Shown piece after piece: positions 20,254-29,346 of a stretch of 64,000 nt of DNA. A program made the position numbers and the translations under genes. The stretch is taken from assembly GCA_964543995.1 (NCBI GenBank), contig CAZJBB010000001.1, forward strand, positions 2,059 to 66,058. Direction: 5' to 3'. Position 1 is the stretch's first letter, and every line of letters begins with the position of its first letter. The DNA comes from an uncultured Bacteroidales bacterium (GTDB lineage Bacteria; Bacteroidota; Bacteroidia; Bacteroidales; CAIXTV01). The notes beneath the pieces are model-generated. The model did not search any database and was not told where the DNA came from. It saw only the letters and a list, made by a program, of their open reading frames with translations.

Positions 20254-22173
20254 ATGAATTATCCGCTCTTAGATAACATCGATTTCCCAATTGACCTTAA
20301 AAAGTTGAAGTCAGATGAATTACCTGCACTTAGCGAAGAAGTGAGGCAGTTTATTATTGATGTGATATCGAGTAATCCCGGTCATTTGGGAGCCAGTTTA
20401 GGTGCGGTGGAACTAGCGGTTGCCTTGCATTATGTTTACAACACCCCAAAAGATAAAATTGTTTGGGATGTGGGACATCAGGCGTATGCCCATAAAATTC
20501 TTACCGGTCGAAAAAGTCAATTTCATACCAATCGCCAATTTCATGGCATCAGCGGTTTCCCGAAAATGAGTGAAAGCGAATACGATGCCTTTGGGGTAGG
20601 TCATTCCTCCACTTCAATATCCGCAGTTTTAGGAATGGCAGTGGCTTCCCAACTGAATAATGACAAAGACAGCAAGCATATTGCTGTCATTGGAGACGGA
20701 TCCATGACTGCCGGTATGGCTTTCGAAGCCATGAATCATGCAGGAACTTCCAAAGCCGATATATTAATTATCTTGAATGACAACGGTATTGCTATAGATA
20801 AAAACGTGGGTGCTTTGAGTGAATATCTTACCGATATTACCACTTCCAGAATTTACAATAAGGTAAAAACCAAAATTTGGAATTTTTTAAGTCGTGGAAA
20901 AAAATACGGCCCCAATACCCGTGCTTTAGTTCAACAAATTGACAATGCAATCAAAACCGGTTTGATGAAACGAAGCAACTTGTTTGAATCATTGAAATTC
21001 AGGTATTTTGGTCCGGTTGATGGAAACGATGTGGTTCGCTTGGTGCAACTTTTAAATGACTTGAAGAACATTCCGGGTCCAAAAATTCTGCACTGTATCA
21101 CCGTAAAAGGAAAAGGCTTGAAATATGCAGAGAAAAACCAAACCGTATTTCATGCACCGGGTGTTTTTGATAAGCAAACCGGAGAAATTATTGAAAGTCC
21201 ATGTAAAAACCATACCCCAAAATATCAGGTGGTTTTTGGAAAAACCATCATAGAGCTTGCCGAGAGAAACCCAAAAATTGTGGGAATAACCCCTGCCATG
21301 CCAACAGGTTGTTCTCTTAATTTAATGATGGCAAAAATGCCACACCGAGCATTTGACGTGGGTATTGCAGAACAACATGCCGTGACTTTTTCTGCCGGAA
21401 TGGCTGCAAAAGGCATGATTCCTTTTTGCAATATATATTCTTCTTTTATGCAAAGGGCATTCGATCAGGTTATTCACGACGTCGCCCTGCAAGGATTACC
21501 GGTTGTTTTATGTTTAGATAGAGGTGGTCTGGTTGGAGAAGATGGTGCTACACATCATGGTGCTTATGATTTGGCATTTTTCAGACCCATACCCGGTCTT
21601 ACCATTTGCTCGCCTATGAATGAAGTGGAATTAAGAAATATGATGTATACTGCCCAATTAGAAGGCATGGGGCCGGTGGTTATTCGATACCCAAAAGGCA
21701 GGGGTGTGATAAGTGAATGGAAGCAAGATTTCGCCCCTTTAACTCCGGGCAAAGGCAGGTTGATTTCGGAAGGAGAGGATATCGCAGTCATCTCCATAGG
21801 TCATGTGGGTAATTTTGTGGTTGAAGCTTCTGAAATTTTGAAGAAAGAAGGCATTTCTATATGTCATTGCGACATTCGCTATCTTAAGCCCCTAGATGAG
21901 GAATTACTTCACACAATCTTTGCCTCGCAAAAATACATTATTACGGTTGAAGATGGATCTATAAAGGGGGGACTTGGAAGTGCGGTTATAGAATTTATGA
22001 ATCTTCATCATTATCAAGCGGAAATTCAAGTACTCGGAATTCCGGATCTATATATTGAACAAGGAACACAAGAAGAATTATATAAAATCTGTGGTTATGA
22101 TACGGAAAGTATAACTCAGCTTATACGCAAAAAAGTGCAATCAGGGCTTACTTTTCCAAAACAACATTTGTAA
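20254..22173 (+). CDS. dxs: 1-deoxy-D-xylulose-5-phosphate synthase
   Basis: 639 aa. GHLGASLGAVEL, VWDVGHQAYAHKILTGR and IGDGSMTAGMAFEA motifs. A possible -7 box TATTTTTG sits at 20223-20230. Confidence 0.95.
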   Translation: MNYPLLDNIDFPIDLKKLKSDELPALSEEVRQFIIDVISSNPGHLGASLGAVELAVALHYVYNTPKDKIVWDVGHQAYAHKILTGRKSQFHTNRQFHGISGFPKMSESEYDAFGVGHSSTSISAVLGMAVASQLNNDKDSKHIAVIGDGSMTAGMAFEAMNHAGTSKADILIILNDNGIAIDKNVGALSEYLTDITTSRIYNKVKTKIWNFLSRGKKYGPNTRALVQQIDNAIKTGLMKRSNLFESLKFRYFGPVDGNDVVRLVQLLNDLKNIPGPKILHCITVKGKGLKYAEKNQTVFHAPGVFDKQTGEIIESPCKNHTPKYQVVFGKTIIELAERNPKIVGITPAMPTGCSLNLMMAKMPHRAFDVGIAEQHAVTFSAGMAAKGMIPFCNIYSSFMQRAFDQVIHDVALQGLPVVLCLDRGGLVGEDGATHHGAYDLAFFRPIPGLTICSPMNEVELRNMMYTAQLEGMGPVVIRYPKGRGVISEWKQDFAPLTPGKGRLISEGEDIAVISIGHVGNFVVEASEILKKEGISICHCDIRYLKPLDEELLHTIFASQKYIITVEDGSIKGGLGSAVIEFMNLHHYQAEIQVLGIPDLYIEQGTQEELYKICGYDTESITQLIRKKVQSGLTFPKQHL

Positions 22174-22176
22174 CCC

Positions 22177-23913
22177 ATGGAATTATTCCGGAGAAAATCG
22201 ATTGATTCCATTTTGGCGGATGCGAAACGAAATTCCGGACAAGAACACAGCTTAAAAAAAAACTTAAATGTCCGTGACCTCACTTCACTTGGAATTGCGG
22301 CTATTATTGGTGCAGGGATTTTCAGCACCATAGGCAATGCAGCCGCTAGTGGAGGGCCTGCAGTTTCCTTGCTCTTTGTTTTTACAGCCATTGCCTGTGG
22401 ATTTTCAGCCATGTGCTATGCCCATTTTGCCTCTGCAATTCCCATCAGCGGAAGTGCCTATACATACGCTTATGCGACCTTTGGAGAACTCATTGCTTGG
22501 ATTATCGGATGGGATTTAATTATGGAATATGCCGTGGGAAATATTGCTGTGGCCATTTCTTGGTCAGATTACTTTACTTCCTTTATGAATGGGATGGGGT
22601 TGAAAATCCCGGACTTTCTTTGTACCGATTACCTATCTGCCTACAGGGGGTTTGGGGAAGTAACGGAAAAACTCGCCAAAGGCGTTGATTTCAGTTCACT
22701 AAGTGCCAATCTACAAGAAGCCTATCATGCTTGGCAAAGCGCTCCCCAAATTTTCGGCTTGAAAATCATCGCCGATATTCCGGCATTTGCCATAGTAGTT
22801 TTAATTACCGCACTGGTTTACAGAGGGATATATGAATCAAAAGTAGCCGGGAACTTAATGGTATTATTGAAATTGGCCATTCTTTTGTTGATCATTGGCG
22901 TAGGTGCTTTTTATATCAATCCCGGAAATTGGTCGCCTTTTGCTCCCAATGGATTGGTAGGGGTAATGAAAGGCGTTTCCGGCGTTTTCTTTGCCTACAT
23001 CGGTTTCGATGCCATTTCTACCACCGCCGAAGAATGTAAAAATCCCAAGCGGGATTTACCCCGCGCCATGATTCTCTCACTTATCATTACTACGGTCTTA
23101 TATGTAGTGATTAGCTTGGTGCTTACCGGTTTAGTAAACTATTCTGAACTTGCAGTGGGAGACCCTTTGGCTTATGCTTTTGAAAAACTGCATCTTACTA
23201 AGTTTTCGGGATTGATAGCATTAAGTGCCATCATAGCTATGGCCAGTGTTTTGCTGGTTTTTCAGGTAGGTCAACCACGAATATGGATGAGTATGAGTCG
23301 CGATGGATTATTACCTAAGATTTTTTCTAAATTGCATCCCAAATACAAAACCCCGGCTTTTGCCACCATCGTCACCGGAATATTTGTGGCCATTCCAAGT
23401 TTATTCCTGAACCTGACTGAAGTTACCGACTTAACCAGTATTGGAACCTTATTTGCCTTTGTGCTGGTTTCGGGGGGATTGCTATTCTGGGAAAAACGTT
23501 TGGAATCGGTTATTCCGGGTGCAATACGTGAAAAACGTTTTCGAGTGCCCTATTATAATTGTAGAATTTATCTTCCTATAGTTTGGATTTTGCTTTTTAT
23601 TGTATTATTTATATTTGATTCTCAGTGGATTACTAACCTTTTTTATGCAATTGATTTTTCGTCTTGGGACATATTGAAACCTCAGATTCCCTATTTGATT
23701 TTCGTGGGTTTTGCCATTACTTTGACAATTGTTGGTATCGTAAAAAAATTGTCACTCATTCCCATGATGGGCTTGCTCACCAATTTGTATTTAATGACAG
23801 AACTTGGCATTACCAATTGGATGCGCTTTATCGTTTGGCTGATCATTGGCTTAGCATTGTATTTTCTGTATGGGAAAAAATTCAGTCGGTTGAAAGCAAA
23901 ACAGCAATCCTAA
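22177..23913 (+). CDS. APC superfamily amino acid permease (cationic amino acid transporter-like, with C-terminal extension)
   Basis: 578 aa with about 14 TM segments. N-terminal GIAAIIGAGIFSTIG signature of amino acid permeases. Confidence 0.85.
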   Translation: MELFRRKSIDSILADAKRNSGQEHSLKKNLNVRDLTSLGIAAIIGAGIFSTIGNAAASGGPAVSLLFVFTAIACGFSAMCYAHFASAIPISGSAYTYAYATFGELIAWIIGWDLIMEYAVGNIAVAISWSDYFTSFMNGMGLKIPDFLCTDYLSAYRGFGEVTEKLAKGVDFSSLSANLQEAYHAWQSAPQIFGLKIIADIPAFAIVVLITALVYRGIYESKVAGNLMVLLKLAILLLIIGVGAFYINPGNWSPFAPNGLVGVMKGVSGVFFAYIGFDAISTTAEECKNPKRDLPRAMILSLIITTVLYVVISLVLTGLVNYSELAVGDPLAYAFEKLHLTKFSGLIALSAIIAMASVLLVFQVGQPRIWMSMSRDGLLPKIFSKLHPKYKTPAFATIVTGIFVAIPSLFLNLTEVTDLTSIGTLFAFVLVSGGLLFWEKRLESVIPGAIREKRFRVPYYNCRIYLPIVWILLFIVLFIFDSQWITNLFYAIDFSSWDILKPQIPYLIFVGFAITLTIVGIVKKLSLIPMMGLLTNLYLMTELGITNWMRFIVWLIIGLALYFLYGKKFSRLKAKQQS

Positions 23914-23925
23914 TACATCGCAAAT

Positions 23926-24711
23926 ATGTCTTGGTTAGTTGTTTCAGCACTCATTATTTCAGGTTTATTGGTGGGGTTTATCAATACCCTTGCAGGGGGT
24001 GGAACAATAATTTCTCTTTCATTATTGATGTTTCTAGGCCTACCACCAAATGTGGCCAATGGAACCAATAGGGTGGCGGTAGTAATTCAGAATTTGGTGG
24101 CTGTGAGGAGTTTTCGCAAACAAAAAGTATTGGATACCCAAAAAGGTATTCATTTAGGAATTCCCACTGTGATAGGGTCCATTATAGGTGCGCAAATTGC
24201 AGTAAGTTTGAATGATAAATTCATACAATATGCTATCGGCTCGGCCATGCTAATCATGCTGTTTTTTATTCTTTTCAAACCCTCTTACCTCAGCAAAACC
24301 AACGAAGAACTCATGAACAAACCTTTGAGCAAGTGGCAATATCTTTTGTTTTTTATCATCGGTATTTATGGGGGTTTTATTCACGTGGGAGTGGGTTATT
24401 TTATCATTGCCGGGGTTATATTGGGTGCAGGATATAACGTAATAAAAGCCAATGCCATTAAAAACTTGATTGTACTTATGTATGCTCCCTGTTCGCTGAT
24501 TGTTTTTATGATTTCAGGGATGGTAGATTACCGATATGGTTTAATCCATGCTGTAGGAAATATTGTTGGAGCTTTTGTTGCTGCAAAATATGCAGTAAGC
24601 TGGGGAATGCAGTTTATTCGCTGGGCCATGGTTTGCATTATCATGGTAACCGTGTTGCAAATGTTTGGATTCTTGGACTTTAAAGAAATGTTTAGAATGA
24701 TATTGGGGTAA
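23926..24711 (+). CDS. TauE/SafE family sulfite/anion exporter
   Basis: 261 aa with about 8 TM segments. The LAGGGTIISLSLLMFLGLPPNVANGTN motif is typical of the family. Confidence 0.8.
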   Translation: MSWLVVSALIISGLLVGFINTLAGGGTIISLSLLMFLGLPPNVANGTNRVAVVIQNLVAVRSFRKQKVLDTQKGIHLGIPTVIGSIIGAQIAVSLNDKFIQYAIGSAMLIMLFFILFKPSYLSKTNEELMNKPLSKWQYLLFFIIGIYGGFIHVGVGYFIIAGVILGAGYNVIKANAIKNLIVLMYAPCSLIVFMISGMVDYRYGLIHAVGNIVGAFVAAKYAVSWGMQFIRWAMVCIIMVTVLQMFGFLDFKEMFRMILG

Positions 24712-24825
24712 AAGACCTTAGGTTTTTCGAAATAAAAGTTATAAACCCAAATTCGCAGATGTAATTGCAATCCTTGTTGCTCAAAAAAATTGCCACATTT
24801 TTAACTTCTGAAAACAGAAATTAAA

Positions 24826-24910
24826 TGGTGCGGATGAAGGGACTCGAACCCACACTCCTCTCGGAACCAGATCCTAAGTCTGGCGCGGCTACCAATTACG
24901 CCACATCCGC
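24826..24910 (-). tRNA. tRNA-Leu (anticodon UAG), CCA encoded
   Basis: The reverse complement folds as a class II cloverleaf. Acceptor GCGGATG/CATCCGC, D loop AATTGGTAG, anticodon stem CCAGA/TCTGG with loop CTTAGGA, long variable arm, T loop TTCGAGT. The T stem has one U-U mismatch and one G-U pair. Confidence 0.85.
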
Positions 24911-24963
24911 AAAAGCGATGCAAAGTTAATAAAAATATTAATCGGTAAATGAAAAATACAAAT

Positions 24964-27900
24964 CTACCTAATTAATGTTACTTGCCCTTTATAGATTTTA
25001 CTTAAACCGTTTTTGTCATCAAGAAATATTTGATAAATATAAGTGCCAATAGGGCAATCGGTATCTTTTAAATCTTTCCCTGCCCAAAGATTATTGGGTG
25101 AAGTTGTTGAATAGACTAAGTCACCCCAGCGGTTCCAGATATGCATTTTAAAATGCTTAGCTTCCAAATTTTCTCCATAAGGACCGAAGTAGCTGTTTAA
25201 ATTGTCATTATTTGGGCTAAATGCATTGGGAATAAAAAATTCGTCTTCATGTGTTACCAAAAATTCATGACTAACCGTATCCTTGCAACCGAATTCATTT
25301 GAAACTATCAAACTAATTAGTTTCTTCCCCGGAATTTTATATAAAATTGCCGGTGATTCTAAAATAGAACTCATACCATCATTAAAATCCCATTGCCAAA
25401 GGGTAGCTCCTGTAGAAAGATTTGAAAACCAAACATTTCCATCGTTATCGCTTACAGTATTCGGAGAAGTTGAAAAAGCTGCTGTAGGTTTTTGATAAAC
25501 TGTTACTAAATTATTAACAGTCATGGAGTTAAAACAGCCATTGTCGGAATATACCCATAAAGAAACACTATAAATTCCGGGATCTTTATAGATGTGATAA
25601 GAACTATGCTGTGAATTTGAAGTGTTTCCATCTCCGAAATTCCAGGCCCAAGAAGTAATAGTTCCGTTTGTCACAATGCTTGAATCAGAAAAATTAACCA
25701 ACAATGGTGAGCATCCATTAGTCATATCACTATTAATGTGAACTTCAGGAATTGAATTTATTTTGATGGCTTGTGAAATTGTATCCAAGCAGCCTTTATC
25801 TGAATGAATTACGAGTGTAACAGAAATTAAGCCGGTATCTAGAAAAGTACGAGAAGTATTATATGAATTATAAGAGAAACCATCACCGAAAATCCATGTA
25901 TCTCCTGCAATATTTCCGGAAGAAATGGTCGAATTGTTCATGAAATTCATAGATGTTCCAACGCATGGGGTTGAAAATGTAAAACTGGAAATTGGTAAAG
26001 GAAAGACGGGAACAGATTGATAAATAGTGTCTGAATTATTGAAATTACTAATAGCAATAAGCCTTACTATATAATCGCCAGAGCTAATATAGGTATGCGT
26101 TGGATTTTGGATTGTTGAAGTAAAACCATCACCAAAATCCCAATTCCATTGAACTATTGAACCATAGCCAACGTGAGAAGTGTCAGTAAAAGAAGTTAAT
26201 GCTCCCTCACAACCCGTTGAGTATGAAAAACCTGCCGTAATTATCGGTGAATTAACAACCACCGTATAACTGCTCGAGTCTTTACAACCCCAAACATTTG
26301 TAATTGTTAAGGTTACATTGTATATTCCAGGTAGAAAATAAGTTTTAATTGGATTTTGTAAAGCAGAAGTAGTACTGTCACCAAAGTTCCAGTTCCATCC
26401 ACTAATATTTCCTCCGTTTGGAATACTAATATCAGAAAATACACTTGGACTTCCTGCAGCGCTTATTGAATAAGTGAAATCAGTAGCAGGGTTGGTTCTT
26501 ACCAATATCCATTGTTGCACAGAATCTTTACATCCTTCAACATCAAAAACAGTTAAGCTTACAAGATAACTCCCAGGGAAGTTATATAAATGAACAGGAT
26601 TTTTAGCTGTGGATGTATATCCGTCTCCAAATGTCCAAAGCCATGAAACAATCGGATGACTGGACATAATAGATTGCTCAGTAAAATGGGTTGAATCTTG
26701 ATAACAAGCCGTAGTGTTCGTAAAATGTGCGTGAGGTATGGAATCTATTGTAACAGAAACTGCTGCTGTGTCAGAACAAAGCGAATTTGAAATTACCAAT
26801 TTCACCCAATAAGTTCCTGGACTGTTATACTGATGATTAATATATTGCGTGTATAAAACAGGGCATGGAATATTAAAAATGTTTCCATCGCCAAAATTCC
26901 ATTCCCAGGAAGTTATCATGCTATTGTTGGAAATGGTATTATCAGTAAACAAGGTTGAGGTTCCCAAACAAGCATCAGTAAATGAAAAATCAGGATTTGG
27001 CTTAGCTTGAATGTGGACAATACTATTTGCAGTATCCTTGCAGCCAAATGAGTTTGTAACTATCAAACTCGAGGTGTAAGAACCTGGAGCAAGATAAGTA
27101 TGATTTTGGTTTGTTCCACCATTAATAGATTGACCATCGCCAAAAATCCAGTACCTGGAAATATTATTGTTTCCGGTACCATAAATGGCATCTGTAAAGG
27201 TAGAAACAGATCCAAGGCAAGCATCACTAACTGAGAAACTAGCTAATGGCAGAGCATTTACTTTTACAATTTTGAATATGGTTTCAGAACAACCATTACT
27301 AAATAGAACCGTTAGTGAAACATGATAATTACCCGGCAAAGCAAATTGATGGGTGGGGTTGTTCAAGACAGCACTTGCACCATCACCAAAATCCCAATAG
27401 GATGAAACAATGGTAATGTTTGGATTTGTAAACAAGGTTTGAAAGCTTGTTTGTTCACCAAAACAAACAGTATCCGCTGTAAATGCAAAACTTGAATTAG
27501 GATTTATAGTAATAGAATGGGTTTGACTGTTGGAACATCCTTTGGTGTTTTTTACAGTTAAAGTGACATTAAAAGTGTCTGCAGTGGTGTAATAATATGA
27601 AGGATTCTGCAGAGAAGAATAGTTTGAATTTCCAAAATTCCAATACCATGAAAAAATTGGGCTCCCATTTCCTATAGATAGGTCTGTAAAATTAATTTGA
27701 GTTGAAAAACAGGTATTGGATTCCGTAAAATTTGCAATTGGCAAAGAGTCTACAAAAACTTGTTTTGAGATGGTATTAATACACCCATTGATGTCTGTAA
27801 CTGTTAAAGTTGCATTAGAAGATCCCCAGTTCGAAAAGACATGAGTTGGGTTAGATAGACTGGAGGAAGCACCATCAAAACTCCAATGATAATTAGTTAT

Positions 27901-29343
27901 TGTACCCCCTGCACTATAAGCATTGCTGGAAAAATGCGTTGTGCTGCCAAAGCAAACCGAATCCGCACTAAAGTCAACATGAGGTAATGGTTTTAAATAC
28001 AAATTGTGCGTAATGGTATCGCTGCATCCATGATTATCCAAAACAACCAATTTAACCGGGTAATATACCGGACTGACAACAAGAGGATAAGAATACACAG
28101 GATATTGCGAATTATTGACATCTCCATTCCCAAAATCCCAATGCCAATTGACAATAGTACCACTGATGCTATGAGACTGTTCCATTAATTGTACAGGGAA
28201 AGATGTACATACTGTATCTGAAATAAATTCCGCGAAAACTTCCGGGTAAACTGTCTGATTATGCGTTGCACTGCTTTTACATCCATTGGCATCAGTTACA
28301 GTGAGTTTTACATTGTAATTAATAATAGAAGAAGTAGGTGTATAAAAGTGAGTCGGATTCGAACTGGTTGAACTCCCTCCATCACCAAATAACCAAGTGT
28401 TGAGGGTAATTGTTGAGTTTATGGCATTGGACGTATTGTTAAATTGGGTGGGTGTATTAAAGCAAGAAACGGTGCTCGTGAAATTTGAAATAGGTAAGCT
28501 ATTAATTACCACATTTTTGAAAACACTATCTGAACTCCCATGTGAGTCAACAACTATCAGTTTCACGAGATAAGTGCCTGGGTTATTATATAAATGTACC
28601 GGATTGTGCAGAGAAGAAGAACTCCCATCGCCAAAGTTCCAGAGCCAATTGCTAATTGGACTCCCGGAAGGAGTTGAAACATCGGTAAAATGTGTTGAAT
28701 CTCCAAAACAAACCGCATTTGCATTAAAATTGGGTAAGGGTAGGGGATAAACTGTCACATTATGAATAACAGTGTCTATACAGCCCTTTGCATCTTGGGC
28801 AATAAGCATAACTGAATATGTTGATGCGCTTGGATATAAGTGAACAGGATGCTGAGCAATTGAAGTCGTCCCATCTCCAAAATACCATTGCCAACCAATC
28901 ACCGGACTTCCATGTGAAACGGAAAGGTCAGTAAATGGCATTGGGGATCCATAAGGTACATTTATTGAACTAAAATTTGCATCCGGCAAAGAATCAATTT
29001 TTACCGATGAAAGCACTGTGTCTTTACAACCAAATTGATTTGAAACAATCAGAGTTACATTATATTGAGTAGAATTTAGGTAAGTATGAGACGGATTATG
29101 TATATTGTTGGTAAGGCCATCTCCAAAGTTCCACAACCAAGAAATATTATTACTTCCATGAGATTGTGAATTGTCATAAAAATGAGTAGCATTCCCTTTG
29201 CAAACAGTATCTGTAAAAAAGCTTGCAACCGGCAGAGAATCAATGGTCACTGATTTAACAATAGTATCCTTACATCCTCGTGAATTAGACATTATGTATG
29301 TAATAAAATAAACTCCTTCAGCAGGATAGGTATGAGTTGGATT
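24964..29343 (-). CDS. PKD-repeat surface protein, C-terminal part (about 16 PKD-like modules plus T9SS type B / gliding-motility C-terminal domain); no signal peptide of its own
   Basis: Same frame as the upstream fragment. First ATG is at 29292. Repeating W-x-FGDG...NP-x-H-x-Y...GC-x-DT modules. C-terminus FFIPNAFSPNNDNLNSYF...IWNRWGDLVY...YIYQIFL is the type B sorting domain. Confidence 0.8.
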   Translation of the reverse strand, partial: NPTHTYPAEGVYFITYIMSNSRGCKDTIVKSVTIDSLPVASFFTDTVCKGNATHFYDNSQSHGSNNISWLWNFGDGLTNNIHNPSHTYLNSTQYNVTLIVSNQFGCKDTVLSSVKIDSLPDANFSSINVPYGSPMPFTDLSVSHGSPVIGWQWYFGDGTTSIAQHPVHLYPSASTYSVMLIAQDAKGCIDTVIHNVTVYPLPLPNFNANAVCFGDSTHFTDVSTPSGSPISNWLWNFGDGSSSSLHNPVHLYNNPGTYLVKLIVVDSHGSSDSVFKNVVINSLPISNFTSTVSCFNTPTQFNNTSNAINSTITLNTWLFGDGGSSTSSNPTHFYTPTSSIINYNVKLTVTDANGCKSSATHNQTVYPEVFAEFISDTVCTSFPVQLMEQSHSISGTIVNWHWDFGNGDVNNSQYPVYSYPLVVSPVYYPVKLVVLDNHGCSDTITHNLYLKPLPHVDFSADSVCFGSTTHFSSNAYSAGGTITNYHWSFDGASSSLSNPTHVFSNWGSSNATLTVTDINGCINTISKQVFVDSLPIANFTESNTCFSTQINFTDLSIGNGSPIFSWYWNFGNSNYSSLQNPSYYYTTADTFNVTLTVKNTKGCSNSQTHSITINPNSSFAFTADTVCFGEQTSFQTLFTNPNITIVSSYWDFGDGASAVLNNPTHQFALPGNYHVSLTVLFSNGCSETIFKIVKVNALPLASFSVSDACLGSVSTFTDAIYGTGNNNISRYWIFGDGQSINGGTNQNHTYLAPGSYTSSLIVTNSFGCKDTANSIVHIQAKPNPDFSFTDACLGTSTLFTDNTISNNSMITSWEWNFGDGNIFNIPCPVLYTQYINHQYNSPGTYWVKLVISNSLCSDTAAVSVTIDSIPHAHFTNTTACYQDSTHFTEQSIMSSHPIVSWLWTFGDGYTSTAKNPVHLYNFPGSYLVSLTVFDVEGCKDSVQQWILVRTNPATDFTYSISAAGSPSVFSDISIPNGGNISGWNWNFGDSTTSALQNPIKTYFLPGIYNVTLTITNVWGCKDSSSYTVVVNSPIITAGFSYSTGCEGALTSFTDTSHVGYGSIVQWNWDFGDGFTSTIQNPTHTYISSGDYIVRLIAISNFNNSDTIYQSVPVFPLPISSFTFSTPCVGTSMNFMNNSTISSGNIAGDTWIFGDGFSYNSYNTSRTFLDTGLISVTLVIHSDKGCLDTISQAIKINSIPEVHINSDMTNGCSPLLVNFSDSSIVTNGTITSWAWNFGDGNTSNSQHSSYHIYKDPGIYSVSLWVYSDNGCFNSMTVNNLVTVYQKPTAAFSTSPNTVSDNDGNVWFSNLSTGATLWQWDFNDGMSSILESPAILYKIPGKKLISLIVSNEFGCKDTVSHEFLVTHEDEFFIPNAFSPNNDNLNSYFGPYGENLEAKHFKMHIWNRWGDLVYSTTSPNNLWAGKDLKDTDCPIGTYIYQIFLDDKNGLSKIYKGQVTLIR

Positions 29344-29346
29344 TTA
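29344..29346 (-). other. in-frame TAA stop splitting the PKD adhesin frame
   Basis: The minus-strand reading is ...GDGASTSNL-TAA-NPTHTYPAEGVYFITYIMSNSRGCKDT. 29346 minus 29292 equals 54, a multiple of 3, so there is no frameshift. Confidence 0.95.

Noticed and set aside
24712-24963. tRNA-Leu as an integration hotspot marking the adhesin locus or neighbouring genes as a genomic island.
   Set aside because: There is no integrase, no partial duplicate of the tRNA 3' end anywhere I could see in the window, and the flanking genes look chromosomal.
29293-29343. A frameshift or two independent genes as the explanation for the two PKD ORFs.
   Set aside because: Both ORFs are in the same frame and the PKD module reads continuously across the single TAA. 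No indel is needed. The ATG at 29292 sits mid-domain.
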